A program made the position numbers and the translations under genes. DNA of 64,000 nucleotides from an uncultured Chloroflexia bacterium. Lineage in GTDB: Bacteria > Chloroflexota > Limnocylindria > Limnocylindrales > CSP1-4. Shown in pieces: positions 1 through 11,520 of the stretch. Below the pieces are notes generated by a model, which saw nothing but the letters and a program-made list of their open reading frames with translations, was not told the origin of the DNA and made no database searches. Numbering within the stretch: the stretch's first letter is position 1; each line of letters starts with the position of its first letter. The DNA is taken from NCBI GenBank assembly GCA_963789865.1, contig CAWBMD010000001.1:129095-193094 (forward strand), given 5' to 3'.

Positions 1-1381
1 CGGGCCCGACACGACCAGTCGCAGAGTCCGGCTGGAGTACCTCTTCCTCGTCATCGCTCTCGCCTGGGGCGTCGCCCAGGTGTTCATCGTCCCTCCCCTC
101 CAGGTTCCAGACGAGGGCGATCACTGGTTCCGGGCATGGGCGCTGACGGACGGGCAGCTCACCGCGGACAAGCAGGGAATGATCACGCTGCCGGGTGCAT
201 TCGCGCGCACGGTCGACCTGTACACGCGGTTGATCAACGACCGGGTGCCACTGCCGGTCTCGCTGGACGGGCAGGCGGGCTTCGCGGGCTACCAGGACCT
301 CTTCAACGGTCCCGGCCCGGCGGGCATGGTGAGCGTCGTTTCCCGGGTGGCGAACTACGGCCCGGTGGGCTTCCTGCCCCAGGCGCTCGGCATCGGCCTC
401 GGGCGGCTCGCGGGAGTCCCACCGCTTACCTCGTTCTACCTGGGGAGACTGACGAACCTTCTCGTGGCGGTCGCACTGCTGTTCTTCGCAATCCGCATTG
501 CGCCGTTCGGCAAGCAGCTCTTCCTCCTGGTGGCGCTGCTGCCGATGACGATGTTCGAGCTGGCCAGCCTCGCCCTGGACGCGCTGGCCATTTCGGGCGC
601 CATCTTCTTCATCGCGCTCGCCCTGTGGGCGAGCACCCGGGCGAGGCTGCGCGCGATCGATCTCGCGTTGATCCTGTCGACCGCCGCCATCCTCCTCAAC
701 GTGAAGCCCGGGTACGAGGCGCTGGTGCTGCTGGTATTCCTGGTCCGGCCGGCGCAGCTCGGAGGGCGCGCCAGGTATCTGCTCTTCGTGGGCGGCTGTT
801 CGCTCGCGGTGATCGGCGTGTTCCTGGTCACCGTTCTCGGCACGGCAACGGCGGGGCAAGTGCAGGCTGTCGGCGCCCCTCAGGGGCAACCGGTCCGGGA
901 TCCCCGGGAGCAACTGCTGTTCATCGCAGGTCAGCCTCTTGCCTTCATGGGGATCCTCGTGTCCAGCCTGCGGGACAACGGGCTTTCGTGGACATACGAG
1001 AGCATCGGTGCCCTCGGATGGGTCCAGATCTTCTTCCCACGCGCTCTCTACCTGCTCGTACTGGTGGCGGTTCCCGCGTTCATGCTTCGAATGCGAGAAG
1101 GGGTGCGTCTGCGGCTCGGCCAGCGTGCGCTGCTGGCCGCGGTGGGGGTCGCGGTCTTCCTCACCATCGCCGTCGCGCTCTACGCTTTCCTGGAGCCGGT
1201 CGGCAGTGATCAAGTTGTGTTCCAGGGTCGCTACCTGGCGCCGGTCTGGCTGCTGCTGTTGCTGTCGGTCTACGGCATCAGGTTCGCGCGGAAGCAGGTG
1301 GGCGTTGGCCTCCTGATCGCTGTGCTGCTCGTGGTCATGACGCAGAACCTGGTCACGCTCATGTCGCGCTACTACACCTGA
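1..1381 (+). CDS. DUF2142-family polytopic membrane protein (GT-C-like glycosyltransferase), copy 1; start probably at or before the window edge
   Basis: [12 protein letters not shown]-terminal motif, many TM segments, C-terminal QGRY motif; paralog of 3855..5183. Confidence 0.85.
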   Translation, partial: GPDTTSRRVRLEYLFLVIALAWGVAQVFIVPPLQVPDEGDHWFRAWALTDGQLTADKQGMITLPGAFARTVDLYTRLINDRVPLPVSLDGQAGFAGYQDLFNGPGPAGMVSVVSRVANYGPVGFLPQALGIGLGRLAGVPPLTSFYLGRLTNLLVAVALLFFAIRIAPFGKQLFLLVALLPMTMFELASLALDALAISGAIFFIALALWASTRARLRAIDLALILSTAAILLNVKPGYEALVLLVFLVRPAQLGGRARYLLFVGGCSLAVIGVFLVTVLGTATAGQVQAVGAPQGQPVRDPREQLLFIAGQPLAFMGILVSSLRDNGLSWTYESIGALGWVQIFFPRALYLLVLVAVPAFMLRMREGVRLRLGQRALLAAVGVAVFLTIAVALYAFLEPVGSDQVVFQGRYLAPVWLLLLLSVYGIRFARKQVGVGLLIAVLLVVMTQNLVTLMSRYYT

Positions 1382-1524
1382 AGTCGGGACTCGAGGAGGG
1401 TGAGCGCAGGCAGGACTCCTCCTTGCGCACGGGTGCCCGCTTGCCCGAGAGGCTCGCACGGCGTGCAGTATTCTCTCGGACCCAGATCCATCTCCCGCGT
1501 TAGAAGGGACGGAGGGACCGACGG

Positions 1525-1851
1525 TTGGCAGGGCTAGGACAGCTCGCGAGCGAGTTCGTCATCACCGTCTCCACCGGGGAGGTCTGGCTCTCGATCGGAG
1601 AGGCGCTCCCGTTCGGCGGCGTGGCGCTGCTGTTCGGGAACTGGGTTACGCGCACGGTCGGTCTCCTCAAGGCCGATGCTCCTGCCGGGGGGACCCTCGG
1701 CGTGGGCCTGGCGTCCGGGCTCATGGTGCTGGCCGCCTGGTGGGCTGCGAACTGGTCCGGCGGGCGGAGTTCCTTCACGCCGGTGATCCGCGACGCGCCA
1801 GCGCCAGTCGCCTCGCTGTGCGCGTGGTCGAAGGCATGCTTGCACGGATAG
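1525..1851 (+). pseudogene. Short hydrophobic ORF, probably a 5' remnant of a larger membrane-protein gene
   Basis: GGAGG RBS upstream of TTG; 2-3 hydrophobic segments, then the sequence degrades and overlaps the next gene start. Confidence 0.4.
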
Positions 1852-3504
1852 GCCGGCGGGACGCGCTCGCCATCGCGGTCCTCAGCTTGATCGGCGTCGG
1901 CATTCCCCTCTGGCTGGCGGCCGCGGCCGGCGTGATCGGTCTCCCCACCCTCGACGACTGGGTGTATATGCGGGGCGCGGAGAGCCTATTCCGCACGGGC
2001 AGCATCAACATGCCGATGCATTCGGCCGCAGCCGTCGGGCAGGTCGTGCTGGTGCAGCCCCTGCTCTGGTTGTCCGGCGGAAGCCCTTGGGCGTTCACCG
2101 CCTTCGGGCTTGTGATGGCGCTGATCGCGGTCGTAGCCACGTACCTCCTGGCCAGGCGCTTCGTCGAGACGGGCTCAGCGGTCTTGGTAGTCCTGGTGGT
2201 GGTGGCCTTCCCGGGGTTCGGTCGTCTGGAGGCGAGCTTCATGACCGATATGCCCGCCTATGCGCTCATCATGCTCTGTCTGCTGCTTGGCACGATATGG
2301 CTCCAGGGCGACGGTGGACGCGCGATGCTCGCAACATCGCTTGCGGCCGGCCTCCTCGCAGTTAGCATCCGGGAGTTCGCAATCGCCGCGCCCGTCGCGA
2401 TCCTCACTACTGGCTGGGCTCGGAACCGGGTGGACGAGCGGCTCTGGCTCGCTGCCGTGTCAGTCGCCTTCGCCGCCGGGGTGGCGTGGATCTTCCTTGT
2501 CGCCGCCTCGAGGCCTGACCGCGTCGCGCCCGGGACGCCTGACTACCCGTTGAGCTTCCTCGGGCCTGCCTTCGCGACTCTCGCTGTCGTCCTCCTGCCG
2601 GCGGTCGCATTGGGAATTGGCAGACGGATGCCGAACCTTAGCCCACAGCAGTTCATCGCCGGCCTCTGTCTTGTATGTCTCGTGTTCTTCCTGCCATACG
2701 GGGCGCCCGTTGGCAATGTATGGACGTCCCACGGGATTGGAGTCGACCTGCTCCTGGATGGCCTCCGGGACCCGGTCATCGGCGGGCCCGCCTGGGCGAT
2801 GGCAGGCCAACTTGCCATGGTTGCGGCCATCCTCGTCGCGGCGCTGGCTCTCAGCTGGGGACAGCGCACCCTCGACCAAACCCGTTCGCTCTCGACCGCC
2901 GGGGCGCTTGTGGTTGGCATCGCGCGCAATCGCCAGGCGCTCCTCATCCTCTTCCTGGCCGCCTACGCCGCGGAACTCATCCTGTACACGCCATTCGGCC
3001 CCACTCTGGACCGATATCTCTACCCGATGGTTCCAGTCGCCGCGATCCTGCTCCTGCGGGTCGCCTGTGCGGTCCACTCATCCCGGACGGAGCCGGCCGA
3101 TGGCTCACGCCGCCCTCGCGTGGCTTGTGGTCTCGGCCTTCGTCATCACTACCAACTCCGTCGCCTACGATGCGGCGCGTTGGCGTGCCGGTGAGGCGGC
3201 GGTGGCGATTGGCTACGATCCGCAGACTGTGGATGCCGGTTACGAATGGGTAGGCTCTCACGCCAGTGGGATCGGAAATTCCTCCCCAGCCAACTACGGC
3301 GTGACCTGGTACGACGACCTGCTGATCCCATCGAGGCCCTGTGCAGTCATCTCTAACAGTCCGCTGGACGGTGGCGAGTACAGGCTTCTTAGCGTGGACC
3401 GGGCGGCATACCTGCAGTACCTGTTCTTCGGCCCTGCCGAGCCGCTTTACCTATACGGCGCGCTGACGGACGCATGTCCGCAGCCTCTCCCGCCGCCGAG
3501 TTGA
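1836..3504 (+). CDS. ArnT/PMT-like (GT-C) membrane glycosyltransferase, frameshifted near 3070-3100
   Basis: DDWVY motif after the first TM, FMTD and DRYLYP motifs; joins ORFs 1740..3194 and 2617..3504. Confidence 0.75.
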
Positions 3505-3540
3505 CCGCGCCATAGTCCTATCACGGCTCAGGGGAGCGCG

Positions 3541-3714
3541 GATACACTGCGGCCGTCGTTCAGGGTTCGTCCCCTCCAGTAGCGGGAGCGTCGTGAAAGT
3601 CGTCATCCTTGCCGGCGGGCTGGGCACCCGCCTGGCGCACGAGGCCGCCTCCCGGCCCAAGCCCATGGTCGAGATCGGCGAGCGGCTGATCCCGTGGGCG
3701 CAGCCATCGTGAAG
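3541..3714 (+). pseudogene. Duplicated promoter/leader and 5' fragment of rfbF
   Basis: Near-identical to 5274-5442; reads [35 protein letters not shown], then decays. Confidence 0.85.
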
Positions 3715-3854
3715 GCGCCATGGCCGTGACCAGAGTCGAGGGCCTCGGCTGATGCGCGCTGCCAACGCAATGGACCCGTCCGGGATCCGTCCCGTCCGAC
3801 CGAACAACCGCGGTCGGGCGGTTCTGGAGTCGTGCTCGCAAGGCCGGTGCACGC

Positions 3855-5183
3855 ATGCGCTTCGAGCATCTGTTCCTTGCGATCGCGCTCGTGTGGGGGA
3901 CGGCCCAGGTGTTCATCGTGCCGCCTCTGCAGGTCCCCGACGAGGGGGATCACTGGTTCCGGGCCTGGGCGCTGACGGACGGCCAGCTCACCGCCGACCG
4001 GCAGGGCATGCTCACGCTACCGGGCGTCTTCGCGCCCACGATCGACATCTACAAGCGACTCGTCAGGCCCGGCCATCCCCTGCCGCTATCCCTGGCCGGG
4101 CAGCCGGGGTTCACGGGTTACGCGGACCTGTTCAACGGGCCCGGGTCCCCCGGCACAGTGCAGGTCGCCTCCCGGGTGGCGAGCTACGGCCCCCTGAGCT
4201 ATCTGCCCCAGGCCGTGGGCATCGGCATCGGTCGGCTCCTGGGGGCCCCACCGCTCACGAGCTTCTACCTTGCGAGGCTGACCAACCTCCTGGTGGCCGT
4301 GGCCCTGCTGTTCTTCGCGATCCGGCTGGCACCGTTCGGCAAGCAGTTCTTCGTGCTGCTCGCGCTGCTCCCGATGACGATGTTCGAGCTGGCCAGCGTT
4401 TCCTGTGACGCCCTGACCATCTCGGGCGCGATGTTCTTCATCGCGCTCCTGCTGTGGGCGAGCAGGCGTGAGACCCTGCGGAGCGTGGATGTCGCGCTCG
4501 TGCTGGCGTCGTCGGGCCTCCTGCTCAACATCAAGCCCGGGTACTGGGCGCTCGTGCTGCTGGTGCTGCTGCTGCGGCCGGCGCAACTGGGCGGCCGAGC
4601 GCGGTACGTGGCGTTCGTTGCCGCCAACACGCTCCTCGTGGTCGGCGGCTTCCTGATCATCTTCCTGCTGACGGCGACCGAAGGCCGAATCCAGGCCGCC
4701 GGAGGTCCTCGCGACCAGCTTCTGTTCATCCTGAACAAGCCCATTGCCTTCTTGAGGATCCTGTTCTTCAACATCCGCCGCGATGGGATCACCTGGCTGA
4801 CCGGGACCATCGGGAAGCTGGGTTGGCTCCGGATCAGCATGCCGACGGCCTTCTACGTGTTCGTCCTCGGCGTGCTGGGGTTGTCCCTCGGGATGCGGGA
4901 GGACGTGGGCCTGCGACTCCGGCAGCGGGCGCTGCTCGCCGCCGTGGCCGGCGCGGTGTTCCTCACGATGGCCATTGCCCTGTACGCCTTCATAGAGCCG
5001 ACCGGCAGCAGGCGGGTGTTCTTCCAGGGCCGCTACCTGGCGCCCGTGGGGCTGCTGCTGCTGCTGTCCGTCTACGGCAGCGGCTTCACGCGGCGACGCC
5101 CGGGGATGGTCTTCGTGGCCGGCGCGTCGCTGGTCATGGTGCTCACGAACCTCCAGACGCTGATCTCGGCCTACTACCCTTGA
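3855..5183 (+). CDS. DUF2142-family membrane protein (GT-C-like), copy 2
   Basis: Same PDEGDH and QGRY motifs; high identity to copy 1. Confidence 0.85.
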   Translation: MRFEHLFLAIALVWGTAQVFIVPPLQVPDEGDHWFRAWALTDGQLTADRQGMLTLPGVFAPTIDIYKRLVRPGHPLPLSLAGQPGFTGYADLFNGPGSPGTVQVASRVASYGPLSYLPQAVGIGIGRLLGAPPLTSFYLARLTNLLVAVALLFFAIRLAPFGKQFFVLLALLPMTMFELASVSCDALTISGAMFFIALLLWASRRETLRSVDVALVLASSGLLLNIKPGYWALVLLVLLLRPAQLGGRARYVAFVAANTLLVVGGFLIIFLLTATEGRIQAAGGPRDQLLFILNKPIAFLRILFFNIRRDGITWLTGTIGKLGWLRISMPTAFYVFVLGVLGLSLGMREDVGLRLRQRALLAAVAGAVFLTMAIALYAFIEPTGSRRVFFQGRYLAPVGLLLLLSVYGSGFTRRRPGMVFVAGASLVMVLTNLQTLISAYYP

Positions 5184-5325
5184 CCGGTGCCTCCGGCCGT
5201 CATCGCCGGTCACGGGCGCGCTCGTTGAGCTGGCTGCATCCCGGCCGGGTTGGCGGCACACGGGCACCCGGCCGATATACTGCGGCCGTCGTTCAGGGTT
5301 CGTCCCCTCCAGTAGCGGGAGCGTC

Positions 5326-6130
5326 GTGAAAGTCGTCATCCTTGCCGGCGGACTCGGCACACGCCTGTCGGAAGAGACCGCGTCGCGGCCCAAGCCCATG
5401 GTGGAGATCGGCGAGCGGCCGATCCTGTGGCACATCATGAAGACGTACAGCCACTACGGCTTCAACGACTTCGTGGTCTGCCTCGGCTACAAGGGCTACG
5501 TGATCAAGGAGTACTTCTCCAACTACTTCCTGCACATGTCCGACGTGACGTTCGACATGAGCGACAACTCCATGGTGGTCCACCAGAACGCCGCCGAGCC
5601 GTGGCGCGTGACGCTCGTGGACACCGGCGCCGAGACGCAGACCGGCGGCCGGATCAGGCGGGTCGGCGACTACGTCCGCGACGACACGTTCATGCTGACC
5701 TACGGCGACGGCGTCGCCGACGTGGACATCGCGAAGCTGCTCGACGTTCCATCGGGCGCACGGCAAGCTGGCGACGATCACGGCCGTCCAGCCGCTCGGA
5801 CGCTTCGGTGCGCTCCAGATGGACGAGGACAAGGTCGAGGGGCAGCTCTTCGCGCCTGCCGTGCGGGCCTTCCAGGAGAAGCCCGTGGGGGACGGCGCCT
5901 GGGTGAACGGCGGGTTCTTCGTGCTGGAGCCGGCTGTGCTGGACCGCATCGAGGGCGACGACATGCCGTTCGAGCGCGCGCCGCTCGAGAGCCTGGCCGC
6001 CGACGGCGAGCTGCGGGCCTATCGCCATCGCGGCTTCTGGCAGCCGATGGACGCCCTGCGCGACCTCCGCGCGCTCCAGGCCCTGTGGGACTCCGGCGAA
6101 GCGCCGTGGGCCGTGTGGGCCAGGACGTGA
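5326..6130 (+). CDS. rfbF: Glucose-1-phosphate cytidylyltransferase (frameshifted ~5750)
   Basis: [40 protein letters not shown] motifs. Confidence 0.93.
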
Positions 6131-7354
6131 CGGACCCGGTGGTCGGCGTCGAGGCGGCACCCGACGGACACGCCGGTGAGGCCATGCCCGGTCTGCGGCA
6201 GCGTGCTGCACGACGTCCTGTATCAGCAGCGATTCGAGCCTTTCGCCGCCGGCAGCATCACCGACGCCTACGACGTGGTCGCCTGCCGCGACTGCGGCAT
6301 GTGCTTCGCCTCCGGCCTACCCGACCAGCGGCGGTTCTCCGAGTACTACGACCAGTCGTCCAAGTACGACCTGAGCGCCGCGGGCGCCGAGCTCTCCTCC
6401 TTCGATGCCGAGCGATTTGCCGATGAGGCGCGGTTCATCGCGGACCACGTCGCCGACCGCGACGGGTCCCGTCCTCGATATCGGGACGGCGACCGGGGGC
6501 TTCCTGGTGGCGCTGCGGGACCTCGGGCTTCACGAGCGTCCACGGCGTCGAGCCATCGCCGGACGCCGCGCGCGTCGCGCGAGAGACGCACGGTCTCGAT
6601 GTCGTCGCCGGCGATGTGCGGACGGCGCAAGGAGTCGTGGGACCCGGTTCGCCGTCGTCAGCCTCGTCGCCGTTCTCGAGCATCTCGTGGACCCGGCCGC
6701 AGCGCTGCGCGAGATCGCCGGACTCCTCGCGGCAGGACGGCATGCTCTATCTCCACGTGCCCGACGCGGCGGGTTTCCAGGATCACGTCGACGCGCCGTA
6801 CCAGCAGTTCAGCGTGGAGCACATCAACTACTTCACGCCGCATCGCTCAGGAACCTCCTCGCATCCGTGGGCCTGGAGGTGGTGGCAGAGCGAGCCATCG
6901 TCGTCGAAGCAGAGCGACGACGCCGACGCTGCCGGGCGCCGAGGTGCTGTGCCGCCGAACCGATCGACACCTGGCCGTCGATCGCGACTCGGACGGGCGT
7001 CGCGGCCCTGCGTCGGTACATCGCGCGCAGTGCGGAGAAGGAGGCCGCGGTCCTGGCGACGGATCGCGGAGCTCGCGGACGACCAGACGCCCGATCTACG
7101 TGTGGGGCACCGGCACGCACGCGCTGCACCTGCTGGCCACGTCGCGGCTGGCGGACTGCAACATCGTCGGCTTCCTCGACTCGAACCCTCACTACGCGGG
7201 GCGACAGCTCGCCGGCAGGACCGTGATGGCGCCGCGAGCGGTCGCGAAGCTGGACGCGCCGATCCTCGTGACGTCGGCCGTCAGCCAGACGGCCATCGCG
7301 ACGGCGGCGCGCGGCCTGTTCGGGCCGGACGTGCCGCTCATCCTGCTGTACTGA
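6127..7354 (+). CDS. Class I SAM-dependent methyltransferase with N-terminal Zn ribbon and C-terminal Rossmann-like domain (sugar methyltransferase-like; several frameshifts)
   Basis: [38 protein letters not shown]. Confidence 0.75.
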
Positions 7355-8481
7355 ATGTCCGCCCTCGCAGACACCTACCGCGGCCGCACGGGTCTTCGTC
7401 ACCGGCCACACCGGGTTCAAGGGCGCGTGGCTCGCCGAGTGGCTCGGGACCCTCGGCGCCGAGGTCACCGGCTACGCGCTCGATCCGCCGACCCGAGCCG
7501 AGCCTGTTCGACGCGCTCGACCTCGGCGCCGCGCTCCGGCACGTCGTCGCCGACGTCCGCGACCGCGACCGCCTGGCGGCCGAGGTGCAGGCCGCGCAGC
7601 CGTCGGTGATCTTCCACCTGGCCGCGCAGGCGCTCGTCCGCCGGGCGTACGCCGAGCCGCACGAGACCTTCGAGACGAACGTCATGGGCACGGTCAACGT
7701 GCTCGAGGCGGCCCGCGCCTGCCCGTCGGTGCGCGGCGGTCGTCATCGTCACCAGCGACAAGTGCTACCAGAACCACGAGACCGGCCGCGCCTTCCGCGA
7801 GACGGACCCGATGGGCGGCCGCGACCCGTACAGCGCCAGCAAGGGCTGCGCCGAGCTGGTCACGGCCGCGTACCGCGAGAGCTTCTTCGCCGACGGCGCC
7901 GCGCGTCGCCTCCGTGCGCGCCGGCAACGTCATCGGCGGCGGCGACTGGGCCGCCGACCGGATCATCCCGGACTGCGTGCGCGCCCTGGCGGCCGGCGAG
8001 CCGGTCGTCGTCCGGAACCCCGACGCCGTCCGACCCTGGCAGCACGTCCTGGAGCCGCTGTCCGGGTACCTCTGGCTCGGCGCGCTCGCTGCTGCGCGAC
8101 GGCCGCCGCTACGAGGGGCCTGGAACTTCGGCCCGACCGACGAGGACGGCGACGCGGCCGGTGCGCTGGGTCGTCGAGCGCTTCCTCGAGGAGTGGGGCT
8201 CGGGCTCCTGGACCACGCCGGCCGATGCCGGCGGCCAGCCGCACGAAGCCCACCGGCTGAGCCTCGACAGCACCAAGGCGCGGGAGCAGCTCGGCTGGGC
8301 GCCGGTCTGGGACGCGCAGACGGCGGTGCGCCAGACGGCCTCCTGGTACCGCGAGTACTACCGGGCGCCGGCGACGGCCCGCGAGCTGGTCGAGCGATCA
8401 GCTGCAGGCCTACCAGGACGACGCCCGCGCCGCGGGGCTGCCCTGGGCCGGCAGCCGACGAAGGCGGGCCGACCAGCGTGA
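7355..8481 (+). CDS. rfbG: CDP-glucose 4,6-dehydratase (frameshifted)
   Basis: [46 protein letters not shown]. Confidence 0.92.
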
Positions 8482-9855
8482 CGGACGGCGCGACACGACG
8501 CGGCGGACACGCGCGACGAGATCCTCGAGCTGGTGGGCCGGTACTACCGCGAGCGCCACGCGCCGCCGCCGTTCGACCCCGACCGCGACCCGGTGCGCTA
8601 CGCCGGCCGCGTGTTCGGCGAGGAGGAGATGCGCCTCCTCGTCGACTCGAGCCTCGACTTCTACCTCACCGCCAGCCGCTTCACCGAGGAGTTCGAGGCC
8701 GGCGTCGCCGACTACCTCGGCCTCTCGGACGCCCTGTTCGTCAACTCCGGCTCGTCGGCGAACCTCGTGGCCCTCACCACGCTCACCTCGCCCAAGCTCG
8801 GCGACCGCCGCCTCAAGCCCGGCGACGAGGTCATCACCGTGGCCGCGGGCTTCCCGAGCACCGTGGCGCCGATCGTCCAGAACGGCCTGGTGCCGGTCTT
8901 CGTCGACGTCCGCCTGGGCGACTACAACGCCGACCCGGACCAGCTGCGCGCGGCCGTCTCGGCCGCGCACGCGGGCGATCATGCTCGCCCACACGCTGGG
9001 CGTGCCCTTCGACCTCGACACGGTCATGGAGCTGGTCGAGGAGCACGACCTGTGGCTCGTCGAGGACAACTGCGACGCCCTCGGCTCGCGCTACCGCGGC
9101 CGCCTCACCGGGCACGTTCGGCCACCTGGCCACGTCGTCGTTCTACCCGGCGCACCACATCACGACCGGCGAGGGCGGCATGGTGGTCACCGACGACGAG
9201 GAGCTCGCCCGCATCGCCCGCTCGATCCGCGACTGGGGCCGCGACTGCTACTGCGCGGGCGGCGAGAACAACACCTGCGGCAAGCGCTTCGGCCAGCAGT
9301 TCGGCAGCCTGCCGTACGGCTACGACCACAAGTACGTCTACAGCCACCTCGGCTACAACCTGAAGGCCACCGACATGCAGGCGGCCATCGGCTGCGCCCA
9401 GCTGGCGCGGCTCGACGGGTTCATCGCGGCGCGCAAGCGCAACCACGCCCGGCTGCTCGAGGCGCTGCGCCCGTACGAGGACCGCCTCATCCTGCCGGTC
9501 GCGCCGCCGCACACCGATCCGTCCTGGTTCTGCTTCGTGATCACCGTGCGCGAGGACGCCGGCTTCACGCGGAACGAGCTGACCGGCTTCCTCGAGGCCA
9601 ACCGCATCGAGACGCGCACCCTGTTCAGCGGCAACCTGCTGCGGCACCCGGCCTTCGAGGCCATCGAGCGCCGCGTGGTCGGCGACCTGGCGAACACCGA
9701 CACCGTCATGAAGCGCACCTTCTTCGTCGGCGTCTACCCGGGGATCGACGACGCCCGGATGGACTACGTGATCGACGCCTTCGGGCGCTTCATGGCCGGC
9801 GCGCGCGCCGGCGGTGGCCGCCGGCGACGGCGCGCCGGCGCCCGCGGAGCGCTGA
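8478..9855 (+). CDS. rfbH: CDP-4-keto-6-deoxyglucose 3-dehydrase (E1, RfbH/DdhC; frameshifted)
   Basis: VNSGSSANL; [14 protein letters not shown] (His at the Schiff-base Lys position); RDCYC..NTC Fe-S motif; YDHKY. Confidence 0.92.
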
Positions 9856-9862
9856 GGGACGC

Positions 9863-10557
9863 GTGGCCGTCGTCCGCAAGATCCCCTGCGTCGTGCGCGC
9901 GCGTGACCGATCACGGCGAGCGCGTCTACACGGTCGAGCTCGAGCCGTCCATGCGCGGTGCCGCGCTTCAAGCCCGGGCAGTTCCTGCACCTGGCGCTCG
10001 ACCCCTACGAGCCGGGCGGCTTCTGGCCGGAGTCGCGGGTGTTCTCGATCGCCAGCTCGCCCGCGCGACCGCGACCGGCTGACGATCACGTACGCGGTCA
10101 AGGGCGCGTTCACGACGCGCATGGAGCGCGAGCTGGCCCCCGGCGGCAGCGTCTGGGTGAAGCTGCCGTACGGCGAGTTCGTGGTCGACCCGGGCAGGGA
10201 CGCGGTGCTGTTCGCCGGCGGCACCGGCGTCACCGCGTTCACGGCGTTCCTGCAGTCGCTCACAGCCGGAGCGCGCGCCGCGCGTGCTGCTCTTCTACGG
10301 CGCCCGCACGCCGGACCTCTTCGTCTACGGTCGCTCGCCGAGGCGTGCGCGCGAGGTGCCGTCGCTGACGTGCAGCCTCGTCTGCGAGGAGACCGACGGC
10401 CGCCTGCAGGTCGACGCCGCCTGGCCGGCGATCGCGCCGCTGCGACGACCCGGTCTTCTACCTGAGCGGCCCGCCGCCGATGCTCGCCGCGCTCACCGCG
10501 CAGCTGCGCGGGCACGGCGTCCCGCCGGCCGCCATCCGCACCGATGCCTGGGAGTAG
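9863..10557 (+). CDS. FAD/NAD(P)-binding ferredoxin-reductase-like oxidoreductase, likely E3 partner of RfbH (frameshifted)
   Basis: [29 protein letters not shown]. Confidence 0.75.
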
Positions 10558-10592
10558 CGAGCTGGAGCGCGAGATCCTGGCGAGGTGAGCTC

Positions 10593-11488
10593 ATGCGCAT
10601 CCTGCTGACCGGCGGCAGCGGCTTCATCGGCCGCAACCTCGTCGAGTACCTGTCGCGCTCGCACGAGGTGCTCGCTCCGACGCACGCCGAGCTCGACCTG
10701 GCCGATCCGGACGCCCTGGACGCGTGGTTCGCCGAGCACGAGGTCGACGTCGTCGTCCACGGCGCCGTGCGACCCGGGCACCGGAACGCGTCCGATCCGT
10801 CCCGCCAGCTGTGGACCAACCTGCGGATGTTCTTCGGCCTCATGCGCAACGCACATCGCTTCGGCCGGCTCGTGTTCCTGAGCTCGGGCGCCGTCTACGA
10901 CATCGCGCGACCGCTCGATCGCGTCGCCGAGGACGCAGCTCGGCGCGTCGCTGCCGTCCGACGAGCACGGGCTGTCCAAGTACGCGATCGCCCGGTACCT
11001 GGAGCAGGTGCACCGCACCGGCGACGCAGACGTCGTCGAGCTGCGCCTCTTCGGCGTGTTCGGCAGGTACGAGGACTACGCCATCCGCTTCGTGTCCAAC
11101 GCGATCTGCAAGAGCCTCGTTCGACCTGCCGATCACCCTGCGCCAGAACCGCACGTTCAGCTACCTCTACGTGAACGACCTGGGGCCGATCGTCGAGCGG
11201 TTCCTGGCCGGACCCCATGCCGAGGCGGCGTACAACGTGGTGCCGGACTGGACGGACGACCTGTACGATGTCGCCGAGCGGGTTCGCACGCGGTCGGAGA
11301 GGGACCTCCCGATCATCGTCGGCGCACCCGGCCATGGCCTGCCCTACTGCGCGAGCAACGACCGGCTCCGGCGAGAGTTCCCGGACGTGAGCTTCACCCC
11401 GATGGACACCGCGATCGATACGCTGTACGACTGGTACGCGGCGAACCTTGGGTCGATCGACCGCTCGGCCCTGCTCAGCGACAAGTAG
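10593..11488 (+). CDS. NAD-dependent epimerase/dehydratase (extended SDR; frameshifted)
   Basis: ILLTGGSGFIG, SSGAVY, HGLSK. Confidence 0.85.
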
Positions 11489-11520
11489 CGACAGCTCAAC
11501 CGGGAAGGACAGGACCAGGC

